Assembly (NCBI GenBank): GCA_964505415.1
Contig: CAZDHW010000004.1
Coordinates: 5,051 to 69,050, forward strand
Reading direction: 5' to 3'
DNA from: an uncultured bacterium
GTDB taxonomy: Bacteria; Hydrothermota; Tepidihabitantia; Tepidihabitantales; DTDR01
DNA: 64,000 nucleotides
The position numbers and the translations under genes are program-made. Shown piece after piece: positions 1 to 8,903 of this stretch (position 1 is its first letter; each line of letters starts with the position of its first letter). The notes below the pieces were generated by a model. That model worked only from the letters and a program-made list of their open reading frames with translations. It did not search any database and was not told where the DNA came from.

Positions 1-1145
1 TCAGAAATATTTTTCATATTAGGCAGGTCAAACATTATATCTAACATAGTTTTTTCTAAAATACTTCTTAAAGCCCGGGCACCGGTTTTTTTCTTTAAAG
101 CAAGTTCAGCAACAGTTTCTAAGGCTTCTTGAGTGAAAGTTAATTTTACTCCTTCCATTTCAAAGATTTTTTCGTATTGTTTAATAAGAGCATTTTTTGG
201 TTTAGTTAAAATATCAATTAAGGCATTTTTATCTAAGGAATGTAAAGATGCAATCACCGGAAAACGGCTGATAAATTCGGGAATTAGACCGTATTTTATT
301 AAATCTTCCGGTTCAACCATCGCCAACAATTCATCTACCGTTTTTTCTTTTTTGGAATAGATTTCGGCTTTAAAACCAATACTTTGTTGTTTAATCCTTG
401 CTTCCACAATTTTTTCTAAACCCGAAAAAGCACCGCCAGCAATAAAAAGAATATTTCGGGTGTTAATTTGAATATAAGATTGCTCTGGATGTTTTCGGCC
501 ACCTTGAGGTGGTACGTTAGCAATTGTTCCTTCTAAAATTTTCAATAAGGCTTGCTGTACCCCTTCACCAGAGACATCACGCGTGATTGATGGTGAATCG
601 CTTTTTCTACTTATTTTATCAATTTCATCAATGTAGACAATCCCAATTTCGGCTAAAGGAATATTATAATCAGCTGCTTGGATTAGTCTTAAAAGAATAT
701 TTTCCACATCTTCACCGACATAACCAGCTTCTGTTAAAGGAGTGGCATCGGAAATAGAGAAAGGTACTTTAAGAAACTTGGCTAAGGTTTCCGCGATTAA
801 TGTTTTACCAACACCGGTAGGACCAATTAATAAAATATTACTTTTTTCTATTTCGACATCAGTCTTATTGGCAATTATTCTTTTATAATGGTTATAAACC
901 GCTACCGAAATTATCTTTTTTGCCTGTTCTTGCCCAACGATATATTCGTCTAAAAAGCTTTTAATTTCCGCCGGTGTTGGTAACTGCTTTAAAGTAAGAA
1001 TACTATTGGTAATCTTTTCTTGGGATTTTAAAATATTATAGCAAATACGAATACAATCTTCACAAATATAGCCCTTTCTGCCCGCCACAACCTGTTTTAA
1101 TACTGATTGGGGTCGGTCACAAAAGGAGCAACGGATTTCTTTCAT
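1..1145 (-). CDS. clpX: ATP-dependent Clp protease ATP-binding subunit ClpX (C-terminal end runs off the window)
   Basis: Absent from the ORF track because there is no stop in the window. Reverse translation from ATG 1145..1143 gives [35 protein letters not shown], the ClpX C4 zinc finger. Walker [14 protein letters not shown] is encoded at about 801-840. Near position 1 it reads ...[21 protein letters not shown]. The start overlaps the clpP stop (TAATG). Confidence 0.95.
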   Translation of the reverse strand, partial: MKEIRCSFCDRPQSVLKQVVAGRKGYICEDCIRICYNILKSQEKITNSILTLKQLPTPAEIKSFLDEYIVGQEQAKKIISVAVYNHYKRIIANKTDVEIEKSNILLIGPTGVGKTLIAETLAKFLKVPFSISDATPLTEAGYVGEDVENILLRLIQAADYNIPLAEIGIVYIDEIDKISRKSDSPSITRDVSGEGVQQALLKILEGTIANVPPQGGRKHPEQSYIQINTRNILFIAGGAFSGLEKIVEARIKQQSIGFKAEIYSKKEKTVDELLAMVEPEDLIKYGLIPEFISRFPVIASLHSLDKNALIDILTKPKNALIKQYEKIFEMEGVKLTFTQEALETVAELALKKKTGARALRSILEKTMLDIMFDLPNMKNIS

Positions 1146-1729
1146 TATTTTCTTTTAACAATTATTTCATCAATAATTCCGTATTCTTTTGCCTCTTCGG
1201 GCGACATAAAGAAATTTCTATCAGAATCTTTTTCAATTTTTTCTTTTGGTTGTCCCGTATGAATAGATAAAATAGTATTAAGACGGTCTTTTAATCGGGT
1301 TATCTCTTTTGCGTGGATGATAATATCCGTAGCTTGACCCGAGAGCCCATGGATTTCTGGTTGATGAATCATAATTCGGGAATTTGGTAGGGCGTATCTT
1401 TTCCCTTTAGTTCCAGCAGCTAACAACAAAGCAGCGATACTGGCGGCTAAACCCATACAAATAGTCACCACATTAGGCTTTATATATTGCATCGTATCAT
1501 AAATTGCTAACCCGGAAGAGACGTAACCACCAGGGGAGTTGATATAAAGATAAATATCTTTATCCGGGTCTTCAGCTTCTAAAAATAGCAGTTGGGCAAT
1601 AATTAAATTGGCAACATTATCATCTACTGGTGAACCTAAAAAAACAATTCTTTCTTTTAAAAGGCGCGAATAGATATCATAAGCCCTTTCACCCCGAGCG
1701 GTTTGTTCAATCACGATAGGTACATACAT
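1145..1729 (-). CDS. clpP: ATP-dependent Clp protease proteolytic subunit ClpP
   Basis: 194 aa. [19 protein letters not shown], catalytic Ser block [11 protein letters not shown], His block IMIHQP and Asp block DSDRNFFMS are present. Sits in tig-clpP-clpX synteny. Confidence 0.97.
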   Translation of the reverse strand: MYVPIVIEQTARGERAYDIYSRLLKERIVFLGSPVDDNVANLIIAQLLFLEAEDPDKDIYLYINSPGGYVSSGLAIYDTMQYIKPNVVTICMGLAASIAALLLAAGTKGKRYALPNSRIMIHQPEIHGLSGQATDIIIHAKEITRLKDRLNTILSIHTGQPKEKIEKDSDRNFFMSPEEAKEYGIIDEIIVKRK

Positions 1730-1741
1730 TTTTTACCTCCT

Positions 1742-2923
1742 TCAATCTTCAATAATATTCGCTTTTTCTAACAAGTATTTTAAAACCTTTTCTTCTAAAA
1801 GTATTCTTTTTAAATAATCGCTTCTCTTTAATAAATCTATCTTTTCTTTTTCTAAATTTTCAAATTGTTTTAGCTCTTCTTCAACTTCTTCTTCTTTTAT
1901 TTCAATATTTTCCTTTTTAGCAATTTTTAATAAAATAGCACTCAATTTTGCTCTTCTTTCAGCCTCTTTTAAAAATTCCCTTTTTACCTCTTCCGATAGT
2001 TCTTCTTCTTTTTTATTTAAATTTTCTAAAAAAGATTGAAACTTTTCCGATACTAATGAAGGTGGTGGTTGAAAATCATGATTATTAATTAAATATTCAA
2101 TGATTTCTTTTTTGTTATTTTCTTCAATTATTTTTTCCCTTTCTTCTTGGATTTCATTCTCGATCTCTTCTTTTAAAGCCTTTAAGCTTTCAAAACCCAA
2201 GGCTTTAGCAAATTCTTCGTTAATTTCCGGTAACTGTTGTTCTCTTACCGAACGAACAAAAATTTTATAAAGATAATTATCAACTTTTATTTCCAATTCC
2301 TTGCCCCTTTCAACACCGATAAGATTTTTGTTAATCTCCGGGTGATTTTTTTCGTCACCCAATTTTATTAAAAGGTTCTCCTTTTTTTCTAATAGTTTAT
2401 TATCTTGGTCAAATAAAGAATAATCAATCAATAAAAAATCACCTTCTTTTGCGGGTCGATCTAATTCGCTATAAGTGGCGCATTTTTCTTGTAAAAACTT
2501 AACCCTTTTTTCAAACTCTTTATCAAAGCCAGTGGGATTTATTTTTTTAACAGGAATACCAAGATATTCTTTTAAAGGAAAATCAGGAATTACTTCTAAA
2601 AGAAGGGTGAATTTCAATTCCTTTTCCTCAGTAAGTTCGTACTCGGAAACTTTCGCGTTACCAACAACTTGCCAATCATTTTCCTTAATTAAATTTTCAT
2701 AAGTTTCACTAATTAATTTTTCAATAACCAATTCATCAATACCTTTTTTCAATTTTTTATAAATAAGCTCTTTAGGTGCCTTACCGATACGAAAGCCCGG
2801 GATAGCGATTTTATCCTTATAAATTTCTAATATTTCATCAATCTTTTTTTCAACGATTTCTTTTTCAATCGTAATATTGGCCTCTTTGAGATATTCAGTT
2901 TTATTGGTTATTGTGATATTCAA
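1742..2923 (-). CDS. tig: Trigger factor (short form)
   Basis: 393 aa. N-terminal ribosome-binding signature GFRIGKAPKELI; position directly upstream of clpP-clpX; SD GGAG upstream of the ATG. Confidence 0.9.
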   Translation of the reverse strand: MNITITNKTEYLKEANITIEKEIVEKKIDEILEIYKDKIAIPGFRIGKAPKELIYKKLKKGIDELVIEKLISETYENLIKENDWQVVGNAKVSEYELTEEKELKFTLLLEVIPDFPLKEYLGIPVKKINPTGFDKEFEKRVKFLQEKCATYSELDRPAKEGDFLLIDYSLFDQDNKLLEKKENLLIKLGDEKNHPEINKNLIGVERGKELEIKVDNYLYKIFVRSVREQQLPEINEEFAKALGFESLKALKEEIENEIQEEREKIIEENNKKEIIEYLINNHDFQPPPSLVSEKFQSFLENLNKKEEELSEEVKREFLKEAERRAKLSAILLKIAKKENIEIKEEEVEEELKQFENLEKEKIDLLKRSDYLKRILLEEKVLKYLLEKANIIED

Positions 2924-2940
2924 TTTTTAACTCCTTTTTA

Positions 2941-3022
<82 letters not shown>

Positions 3023-3030
3023 TTCTAAAT

Positions 3031-3059
3031 ATTATAATTTAAATCATTTTTTAAATCAA
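3031..3059 (-). promoter_or_regulatory. Sigma70-like promoter for tRNA-Leu-tig-clpP-clpX
   Basis: Minus strand: -35 TTGATT (3059..3054), 17-nt spacer, -10 TATAAT (3036..3031). Only 8 nt separate it from tRNA +1 at 3022. Confidence 0.55.
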
Positions 3060-3065
3060 GTTTAG

Positions 3066-3150
3066 GGGTAAGATAAGGTGGTACTTTTTCGTTAAATAAT
3101 AATTATGGCTTTAAATTATAAGGGAGTTGTATAGGGTATGATATATCATT
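3066..3150. repeat. Intergenic conserved element, copy A (second copy at 31524-31600)
   Basis: Shares ordered identical blocks with copy B: GGGTAAGATAAG (3066-3077), TTTTTCGTTA (3085-3094), AAGGGAG (3120-3126), TAGGG (3132-3136), ATATCATT (3143-3150). Block spacing is near identical (19 nt vs 19 nt, then 35 nt vs 34 nt). Confidence 0.6.
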
Positions 3151-3181
3151 TACTTTATTTAAGAATTTATTAAAATTAGGT

Positions 3182-3883
3182 ATGGAAATTTATGTGGGAA
3201 CATCCGGTTGGTATTATGATTGGAATCTTGAAGGTAATTTTGAGTGGTATCTAAAAAATTCTAAGTTAAATGCTATTGAGTTAAATGCTTCCTTTTATCG
3301 TTTCCCTTTTCCTAACCAAGTAAAAAGTTGGGCAGCAAAGGGAAAAAGTTTAAGATGGGCAATAAAAGTTAACCGCATTATTACCCATCGTTTTAAATTG
3401 AATGAAAAAGCTTACCCTTATTATGAACGCTTTATCAAACTTTTTGAAATTATGGACAATTATATTGATTTTTATCTCTTTCAATTACCGCCCAATTTTT
3501 CGCCAAAGATGATTGGCAAATTGAATAGATTTGTTGATTATACTAATTTAAAAGAAAGGTTTGCCTTAGAAGTAAGAAATGAGAAGTGGTTTAAAGAAGA
3601 ATATTACGGGTGGGCAAAAAATAAAAAAATCACATGGGTTTCTATTGATGCGCCAGATTTTGGAGAGATAATTGTAAAAACAAATGAATATATTTATTTA
3701 AGATTTCACGGGAAAATTGTTTGGTATTCCTATGATTATTCAAAAAGGGAGTTAGAAACTATTGCGGAAAAAGTGATAGAGAAAAAGCCAAAGAAAGTTT
3801 ATGCCTTTTTTAACAATAACCACGCGATGTTAAAAAATGCCCAATTATTTTATAAGATTTTAAAGAATTATGAAAAAGTTTAA
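3182..3883 (+). CDS. DUF72 (UPF0759) family protein
   Basis: 233 aa. The N-terminus MEIYVGTSGWYYDWN...ELNASFYRFP is the typical DUF72 signature. Confidence 0.8.
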   Translation: MEIYVGTSGWYYDWNLEGNFEWYLKNSKLNAIELNASFYRFPFPNQVKSWAAKGKSLRWAIKVNRIITHRFKLNEKAYPYYERFIKLFEIMDNYIDFYLFQLPPNFSPKMIGKLNRFVDYTNLKERFALEVRNEKWFKEEYYGWAKNKKITWVSIDAPDFGEIIVKTNEYIYLRFHGKIVWYSYDYSKRELETIAEKVIEKKPKKVYAFFNNNHAMLKNAQLFYKILKNYEKV

Positions 3884-4271
3884 AGAATATTTTAATTATT
3901 TAAAAGCAATAATTAAAAATAGTTATTCTCCTTATTCCCATTTTAAAGTCGCTACCCTTTTGGTGACTAAGAATAATAAAGTTTATTCCGGTGTGAATAT
4001 TGAAAATGTTTCTTTCTCTTTAACAATCTGTGCCGAAAGGGTGGCTATCTTTAAAGCGATAAGCGAAGGCGAAAAAGATTTTAAAATTTTATTTATTTAT
4101 ACTCCTACCCTAAATTTTACCTACCCTTGTGGTGCCTGTCTTCAGGTTTTAAAAGAGTTTAATAAAGATTTAGAGATAATTTTAATAAATAAAAAAGGAA
4201 AGATAAAAAAAGAAAGATTAAAGAACTTAATTAAAAATTTTAGCCCGCCCTCTTTAAAAAGAAAAGGTTGA
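3870..4271 (+). CDS. cdd: Cytidine deaminase
   Basis: 133 aa. Zinc-binding motifs CAERVAI and PCGACLQVLKEF are present. Overlaps the DUF72 gene by 14 nt. Confidence 0.85.
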   Translation: MKKFKEYFNYLKAIIKNSYSPYSHFKVATLLVTKNNKVYSGVNIENVSFSLTICAERVAIFKAISEGEKDFKILFIYTPTLNFTYPCGACLQVLKEFNKDLEIILINKKGKIKKERLKNLIKNFSPPSLKRKG

Positions 4272-4279
4272 GGGCGGGC
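4243..4279. terminator. Bidirectional intrinsic terminator between convergent cdd and the Kelch/T9SS gene
   Basis: Perfect 10-bp GC-rich stem GCCCGCCCTC (4243-4252) / GAGGGCGGGC (4270-4279) with a 17-nt loop. T-rich tracts flank it on both strands. The cdd stop codon lies inside the 3' arm. Confidence 0.6.
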
Positions 4280-4290
4280 TTCCTTTTATT

Positions 4291-6498
4291 TTATTTAGTG
4301 ATTATTAGTTTGTAATTCTTCTTTTCTTTTTCGTTTAAGAATTTGATAAAGTAGATGCCAGCTTTTAAATCCTTTTTTATATTTTTATTTTCTTTATCTT
4401 TAATGAAAAATTTCTTTATTAATTGGCCATTGAGGTTATAAATCTCACAAAGTCCTTCGCCAGTCGGTAAGTTATAGAGGGTCTTTTTAATATAGTGGTA
4501 TTTTTCTTCCGCAATATTTAAATATGGTGGATAATAAAAGATGATAGAGACTGAATCATCAACAATATGATGTGGTGGTTGACCATTATAAAGATATTGA
4601 TGATACCAACGGTTTGCACCGTATCTTCCTTGGATACCTACGGTGCTTGAGTTTAATGTTCCGGTCATCGTAAGATAACTGTATCTGATTACTGAATTAC
4701 GATAAAGAATTATTTCAAAAGTTTCTAATTCGTTAGGAGCATTATACCTGGGAACATTTACCCAAGCAAAGACAACAAAGTTTCCATTTGGGTCATTATA
4801 TTGATAAACTGTACCCGTTGTCCTTAAATCTAAATCATCCCACCAACCAGCAATATGATTTCTAATTGTTGTTGGAAATTGGGTATTGGAGAAACTAGTT
4901 GAGGCGGAATCAGATAAAAAGCCATTGGTACACACATACAAATTGGTCAAATTCTGGTCATAGTATCTAAAAGTAAAAGGTAAAGTTACTTGGACATAGC
5001 CATCATCAGCATTAGGATACCAGCCGGTTAGTGGTGTTCCGGAAGTTGGGTCAATCCAAATAAAAGAAACAGTATCACCTTCTTCTTGAGTTGATTCATA
5101 GATATAACCAAAACCATCTGGGTCACTACCAGTTCTTGCCACTACCCTTGTTCTGATTGTATCGTTAGCCGGATTTTCATCCTCAGGTAAATAAGTATAA
5201 ACGGTAAATTTATATATTTTTCCAGCAGTTGGGATAATTCTACCAAATTCAATTGCTAATGTCTCTCGAACAGCCAAGGTGATAGTAGTATCTTTTTGGA
5301 TTAAAAGGGTATCACCAATAGAATCGTAAACTAAACAAGTAGTTGTGAAAGTTTCTGGATTAAGACCAAAATTTTTAACAACACCAATAAAAGGTGTTTC
5401 CCGATTTGGTGGAGTTCTTAAAGCGGGGGATACTCTAACAATACCAACATCGTGGTTATATTGTCTTAAATCTAAGCCTTCGTGGACATTTGTATAAGCA
5501 CTACCAGTATAACCACCGGCAACATAAAGAATTCCTTGGGGGTCAACAGCAATTCCATAAACATTGGAAACTGCTGTTGGTTTATTTGCCCATTGTGACC
5601 AAGTATTTGTTCTTGGATTATAAGAACGGGTTTCCGCAAGCACTCCAGTTGAACCATTTCCACCCACTAAGAAAAGTTCGTCACCATAAACACCACAAAT
5701 TGTCCGATATCTTATTTCTCCCGGGCAAGAAGGACCGGTTGTCCAGGTAATCTGGGTTGGATTTTCTGGATTAATTGTGCCAATAAGGGTAATATTGGTT
5801 GCGCCAGCTGATTGATAGCCAGTAGAGACAACAATGGTATCGCCGATAATTCCTGCTCCCGGTGTTCCCATTGGTTGGGGCATCGGTGTGCAGGTTGACC
5901 AACTGTTAGTGAACGGATTATAAAGATAAACTGAAGAAATTGGTGGCGAATTGGTGTGCCAATTTCCACCACCAATAACATAGATTAAAGAATCTCGCCA
6001 AACACCGATACCAAAATCATGGTTACCAATAGGCATCGGAGCACCTGTGGACCAGCTATCATTTGCTGGGTCGTAGATTTCCACCACATTCAAACCGGTA
6101 CCAAAAGTTTGGCAACCACCAATTACATAGATTTTTCCCGTTTTTCCTACATAGGCAGCCCGACCGATTGCTCGAGCAGTAGGCATTGGTGCCTTTTCTT
6201 GCCAAGCATTAGTTCTCACATCATATTCCAATGTGATATTTTGAGCTGCACCACCGGGAACCTGAAAACCACCAAAGGAATACCATTTTTTTTCACCATT
6301 TACCACGCAGAAAGCGGTCATTTGATGGGCACGGGTAGTTGGTAAAGAGGCAAAAGTGAGCCATTCATTATAATCGGTAAAAGGCTTTTTGATCTCTTTT
6401 AAATTGGTGAAGGGAGCATAATCAGGATTTAAATGATAAGAAAAAAGGAAAATAGGTATAAAGAAAAAAATCATAAAGATTTTTTTTAGCATATTCAC
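4291..6498 (-). CDS. Secreted Kelch-repeat protein with T9SS-type (Por) C-terminal sorting domain
   Basis: 735 aa. N-terminal signal peptide MNMLKKIFMIFFFIPIFLFS. Repeated Kelch motifs (IYVIGG...YDP..D.WS...PMP). The C-terminal about 70 aa read ...CEIYNLNGQLIKKF...LKAGIYFIKF...YKLIITK, typical of T9SS type A CTDs. SD GGAGG upstream. Confidence 0.75.
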   Translation of the reverse strand: MNMLKKIFMIFFFIPIFLFSYHLNPDYAPFTNLKEIKKPFTDYNEWLTFASLPTTRAHQMTAFCVVNGEKKWYSFGGFQVPGGAAQNITLEYDVRTNAWQEKAPMPTARAIGRAAYVGKTGKIYVIGGCQTFGTGLNVVEIYDPANDSWSTGAPMPIGNHDFGIGVWRDSLIYVIGGGNWHTNSPPISSVYLYNPFTNSWSTCTPMPQPMGTPGAGIIGDTIVVSTGYQSAGATNITLIGTINPENPTQITWTTGPSCPGEIRYRTICGVYGDELFLVGGNGSTGVLAETRSYNPRTNTWSQWANKPTAVSNVYGIAVDPQGILYVAGGYTGSAYTNVHEGLDLRQYNHDVGIVRVSPALRTPPNRETPFIGVVKNFGLNPETFTTTCLVYDSIGDTLLIQKDTTITLAVRETLAIEFGRIIPTAGKIYKFTVYTYLPEDENPANDTIRTRVVARTGSDPDGFGYIYESTQEEGDTVSFIWIDPTSGTPLTGWYPNADDGYVQVTLPFTFRYYDQNLTNLYVCTNGFLSDSASTSFSNTQFPTTIRNHIAGWWDDLDLRTTGTVYQYNDPNGNFVVFAWVNVPRYNAPNELETFEIILYRNSVIRYSYLTMTGTLNSSTVGIQGRYGANRWYHQYLYNGQPPHHIVDDSVSIIFYYPPYLNIAEEKYHYIKKTLYNLPTGEGLCEIYNLNGQLIKKFFIKDKENKNIKKDLKAGIYFIKFLNEKEKKNYKLIITK

Positions 6499-6562
6499 CT
6501 CCTTATTAATTTATTGTGAAATTATTTTAAAAATAAATTTGAAAAAGTCAATAATAAAGATA

Positions 6563-6591
6563 TTGATTTTTTAAATATATTTTATTAAAAT
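6563..6591 (+). promoter_or_regulatory. Sigma70-like promoter of the polysaccharide locus (wzz-like gene)
   Basis: TTGATT (6563-6568), 17-nt spacer, TAAAAT (6586-6591). The ATG at 6601 is only 9 nt downstream and there is no SD. Confidence 0.45.
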
Positions 6592-6600
6592 AATCCAACC

Positions 6601-7758
6601 ATGAATTATCTTTTAATTTTATTTAAAGGTAGAAAATTTATTTTTGGGAATGTTATAATAATAACCCTTTTTTCACTATTTTTGTCATTTGTTTTACCAA
6701 AGAAATATAAAGCGATTGGTCAAATTTTACCACCACCCGATGAACCTACTATTTATAGCCTTTCCCAAGTTTTACCCGGTGCTTCATCAACCCAAAGATT
6801 AATGTTACGTAGTTGGAATATTAGTGATATTTTGATAGCTATTTTAAAAAGTCGAACAATTAAAGAATATGTTCTTAATAATACCCAATTTCCAAAGTTT
6901 TATAAATTTAAAAAAACAGAAGATGCTTTAAATTTTTTAGAAAAAATAACCAAAATTACCCAAAGTGAAGAGATGGTTATAAAAATCTCGGTAGAAGTGA
7001 AAAATAAAAATTTGGCGGCTGAGATGGTAAATGCTTATATTGCTGCTTTGGATAATTTTCTAAAAGAGTCAATGATGAGTCGGGGGAAATATTTAAGGAT
7101 ATTTTTAGAAAGTCAGTTAAAGAAAGTAGAAAACGAATTAGCCATAGCCCGGGAGTCATTAAAAGTTTTTCAAGAAAGACATAAATTACCCGAATTGGAA
7201 GAAGGCATTAAATCGGTATTGGATGCTTATGCCCAACTAAAATCCCAATTGATAGTAAAAGAGGCTGAGCTGGAGATGATAAAGGATATTTCTTCACCTA
7301 ATAATCCTTATTATCAAGATTTATTGGCAGAGGTAAAAAAATTTCGGGAAAAATTAGGCGAAATAGAGAAAGGTGGTGGTTTAGGTGGTTTTGGACCCGG
7401 TTTTGGAACACCCTTTAAAAAATTGCCAGCGGTTGCTAGTGAGTATATAAAAAGATATCAAGAATGGAAGTTAAAAAGCGAAATCTTGCTTTTATTACAA
7501 CAACAGTATGAACAAGCAAAACTAACCGAAGCTAAAGATACACCAACAATTACCATATTAGATTATGCCAAAATCCCCGAACGTCCTTCTTTTCCTAAAA
7601 AGAAAATATTTGTTATTAGTGGCTTTTTCTTTTCGCTTATTTTTAGTATTTTAATTTTATTTACTAAAGAATATCTAAATTCCCGTCCTGAGATTGCCAA
7701 TTTTCTTAAAGAGGCAATAGCTACTTTAAAAAAAGACTTTTCTTTTAAAAAGCATTAA
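6601..7758 (+). CDS. Polysaccharide chain-length determinant (Wzz/PCP family) protein
   Basis: 385 aa. N-terminal TM followed by LPKKYKAIGQILPP (Wzz N-domain signature), a central coiled coil and a C-terminal TM (KKIFVISGFFFSLIFSILILF). Confidence 0.7.
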   Translation: MNYLLILFKGRKFIFGNVIIITLFSLFLSFVLPKKYKAIGQILPPPDEPTIYSLSQVLPGASSTQRLMLRSWNISDILIAILKSRTIKEYVLNNTQFPKFYKFKKTEDALNFLEKITKITQSEEMVIKISVEVKNKNLAAEMVNAYIAALDNFLKESMMSRGKYLRIFLESQLKKVENELAIARESLKVFQERHKLPELEEGIKSVLDAYAQLKSQLIVKEAELEMIKDISSPNNPYYQDLLAEVKKFREKLGEIEKGGGLGGFGPGFGTPFKKLPAVASEYIKRYQEWKLKSEILLLLQQQYEQAKLTEAKDTPTITILDYAKIPERPSFPKKKIFVISGFFFSLIFSILILFTKEYLNSRPEIANFLKEAIATLKKDFSFKKH

Positions 7759-8903
7759 TGAAAAACCCGAAAATTTTGTTTGCTTTTGGCACTCGTCCCG
7801 AAGCAATAAAATTGGCGCCGATTATTCAAGAAATAAAAAAAGAAAAAAATCAAAAGATTTTTAAAAGTTATATTTGTATTACTGCCCAACATCGAGAAAT
7901 ATTGGATGAAGTTTTAAGATTATTTAAAATTCCTATTGATTATGATCTTGATATTATGGAAGATAATCAGACACCATGGTTAGTAAACGAAAAAATTTTC
8001 AAGAAGTTCCTACCTTGTTTAGAAAAAATAAAACCTGATTTGGTAGTGGTTCAAGGTGATACTACTTCGGCTTTTGCTTGTGCTTTGTTAGCTTTTTATC
8101 AAAAAATTAAAATTGCCCATGTGGAAGCGGGGTTGCGAACCGAAGATAAATATCAGCCTTATCCCGAAGAGATAAATCGCCGGCTAATTTCTCCTTTGGC
8201 TGATATCAATTTCGCTCCTACTAAGATTGCTGAAAGAAATTTATTAAAGGAAAATGTGAAAAAAGAGACAATTTTTGTCACCGGTAACACTATTGTTGAT
8301 GCCCTTTATCAAATTAAAAAAGAATTTAAAATTAAAAATCATTCTAAAAAAGAGAAGAGAATTCTTTTGACTATTCACCGTCGGGAAAATTGGGGAAGGC
8401 CATTAGAAGAAGTGTGTTTAGCAGTAAAAAAAATAGTTGAGATTTTCCCTTTTCTCACATTTGATATTCCGGTTCATCCCAATCCTAATGTGAAAGAAAT
8501 AGTTTATAAAAATTTGAAAAATATCCCGCAGATAAATCTTTTACCACCTTTACCTTATTTTCAATTATTAAAATTGATGAGTAAAAGTTATCTTATTCTT
8601 ACTGATTCGGGTGGAATTTGTGAAGAAGCCCCTAGTTTCAATGTACCGGTGCTTATTTTAAGAAATAAAACTGAAAGAAAAGAAGCAATAATAAGGGGAA
8701 CAGCTAAATTAGTAGGCACTTCTTATGAAAAAATAATAAAAAATGTTAGCCAATTGATAAGGAACAATAAAGAATATAAAAAAATGATAAAAAAGAGAAA
8801 TCCTTTTGGCGATGGAAAAGCTGCCAAAAGGATTGTGGAATATTTAAAATTTTATTATGGCTACCGAGATAAAAAACCAGAACCTTTTATTAACGGAAAT
8901 TAA
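7758..8903 (+). CDS. wecB: UDP-N-acetylglucosamine 2-epimerase (non-hydrolysing)
   Basis: 381 aa. FGTRPEAIKLAPI, VQGDTTSAF, HVEAGLRT, YPEEINRRL and TDSGGICEEAPS motifs are present. Confidence 0.9.
   Translation: MKNPKILFAFGTRPEAIKLAPIIQEIKKEKNQKIFKSYICITAQHREILDEVLRLFKIPIDYDLDIMEDNQTPWLVNEKIFKKFLPCLEKIKPDLVVVQGDTTSAFACALLAFYQKIKIAHVEAGLRTEDKYQPYPEEINRRLISPLADINFAPTKIAERNLLKENVKKETIFVTGNTIVDALYQIKKEFKIKNHSKKEKRILLTIHRRENWGRPLEEVCLAVKKIVEIFPFLTFDIPVHPNPNVKEIVYKNLKNIPQINLLPPLPYFQLLKLMSKSYLILTDSGGICEEAPSFNVPVLILRNKTERKEAIIRGTAKLVGTSYEKIIKNVSQLIRNNKEYKKMIKKRNPFGDGKAAKRIVEYLKFYYGYRDKKPEPFINGN

Noticed and set aside
133-360. 75-aa + strand ORF at the left edge
   Set aside because: It is antisense to clpX, whose translation is unambiguous across this region.
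5472-6345. Four 63-108-aa ORFs (5472-5663 and 5712-5981 on the minus strand, 5490-5750 and 6019-6345 on the plus strand) inside the Kelch/T9SS gene
   Set aside because: All are nested in alternative frames or antisense to a 735-aa ORF with clear Kelch and CTD motifs. Their products are low-complexity and have no motifs. They are explained by the locally higher G+C content.
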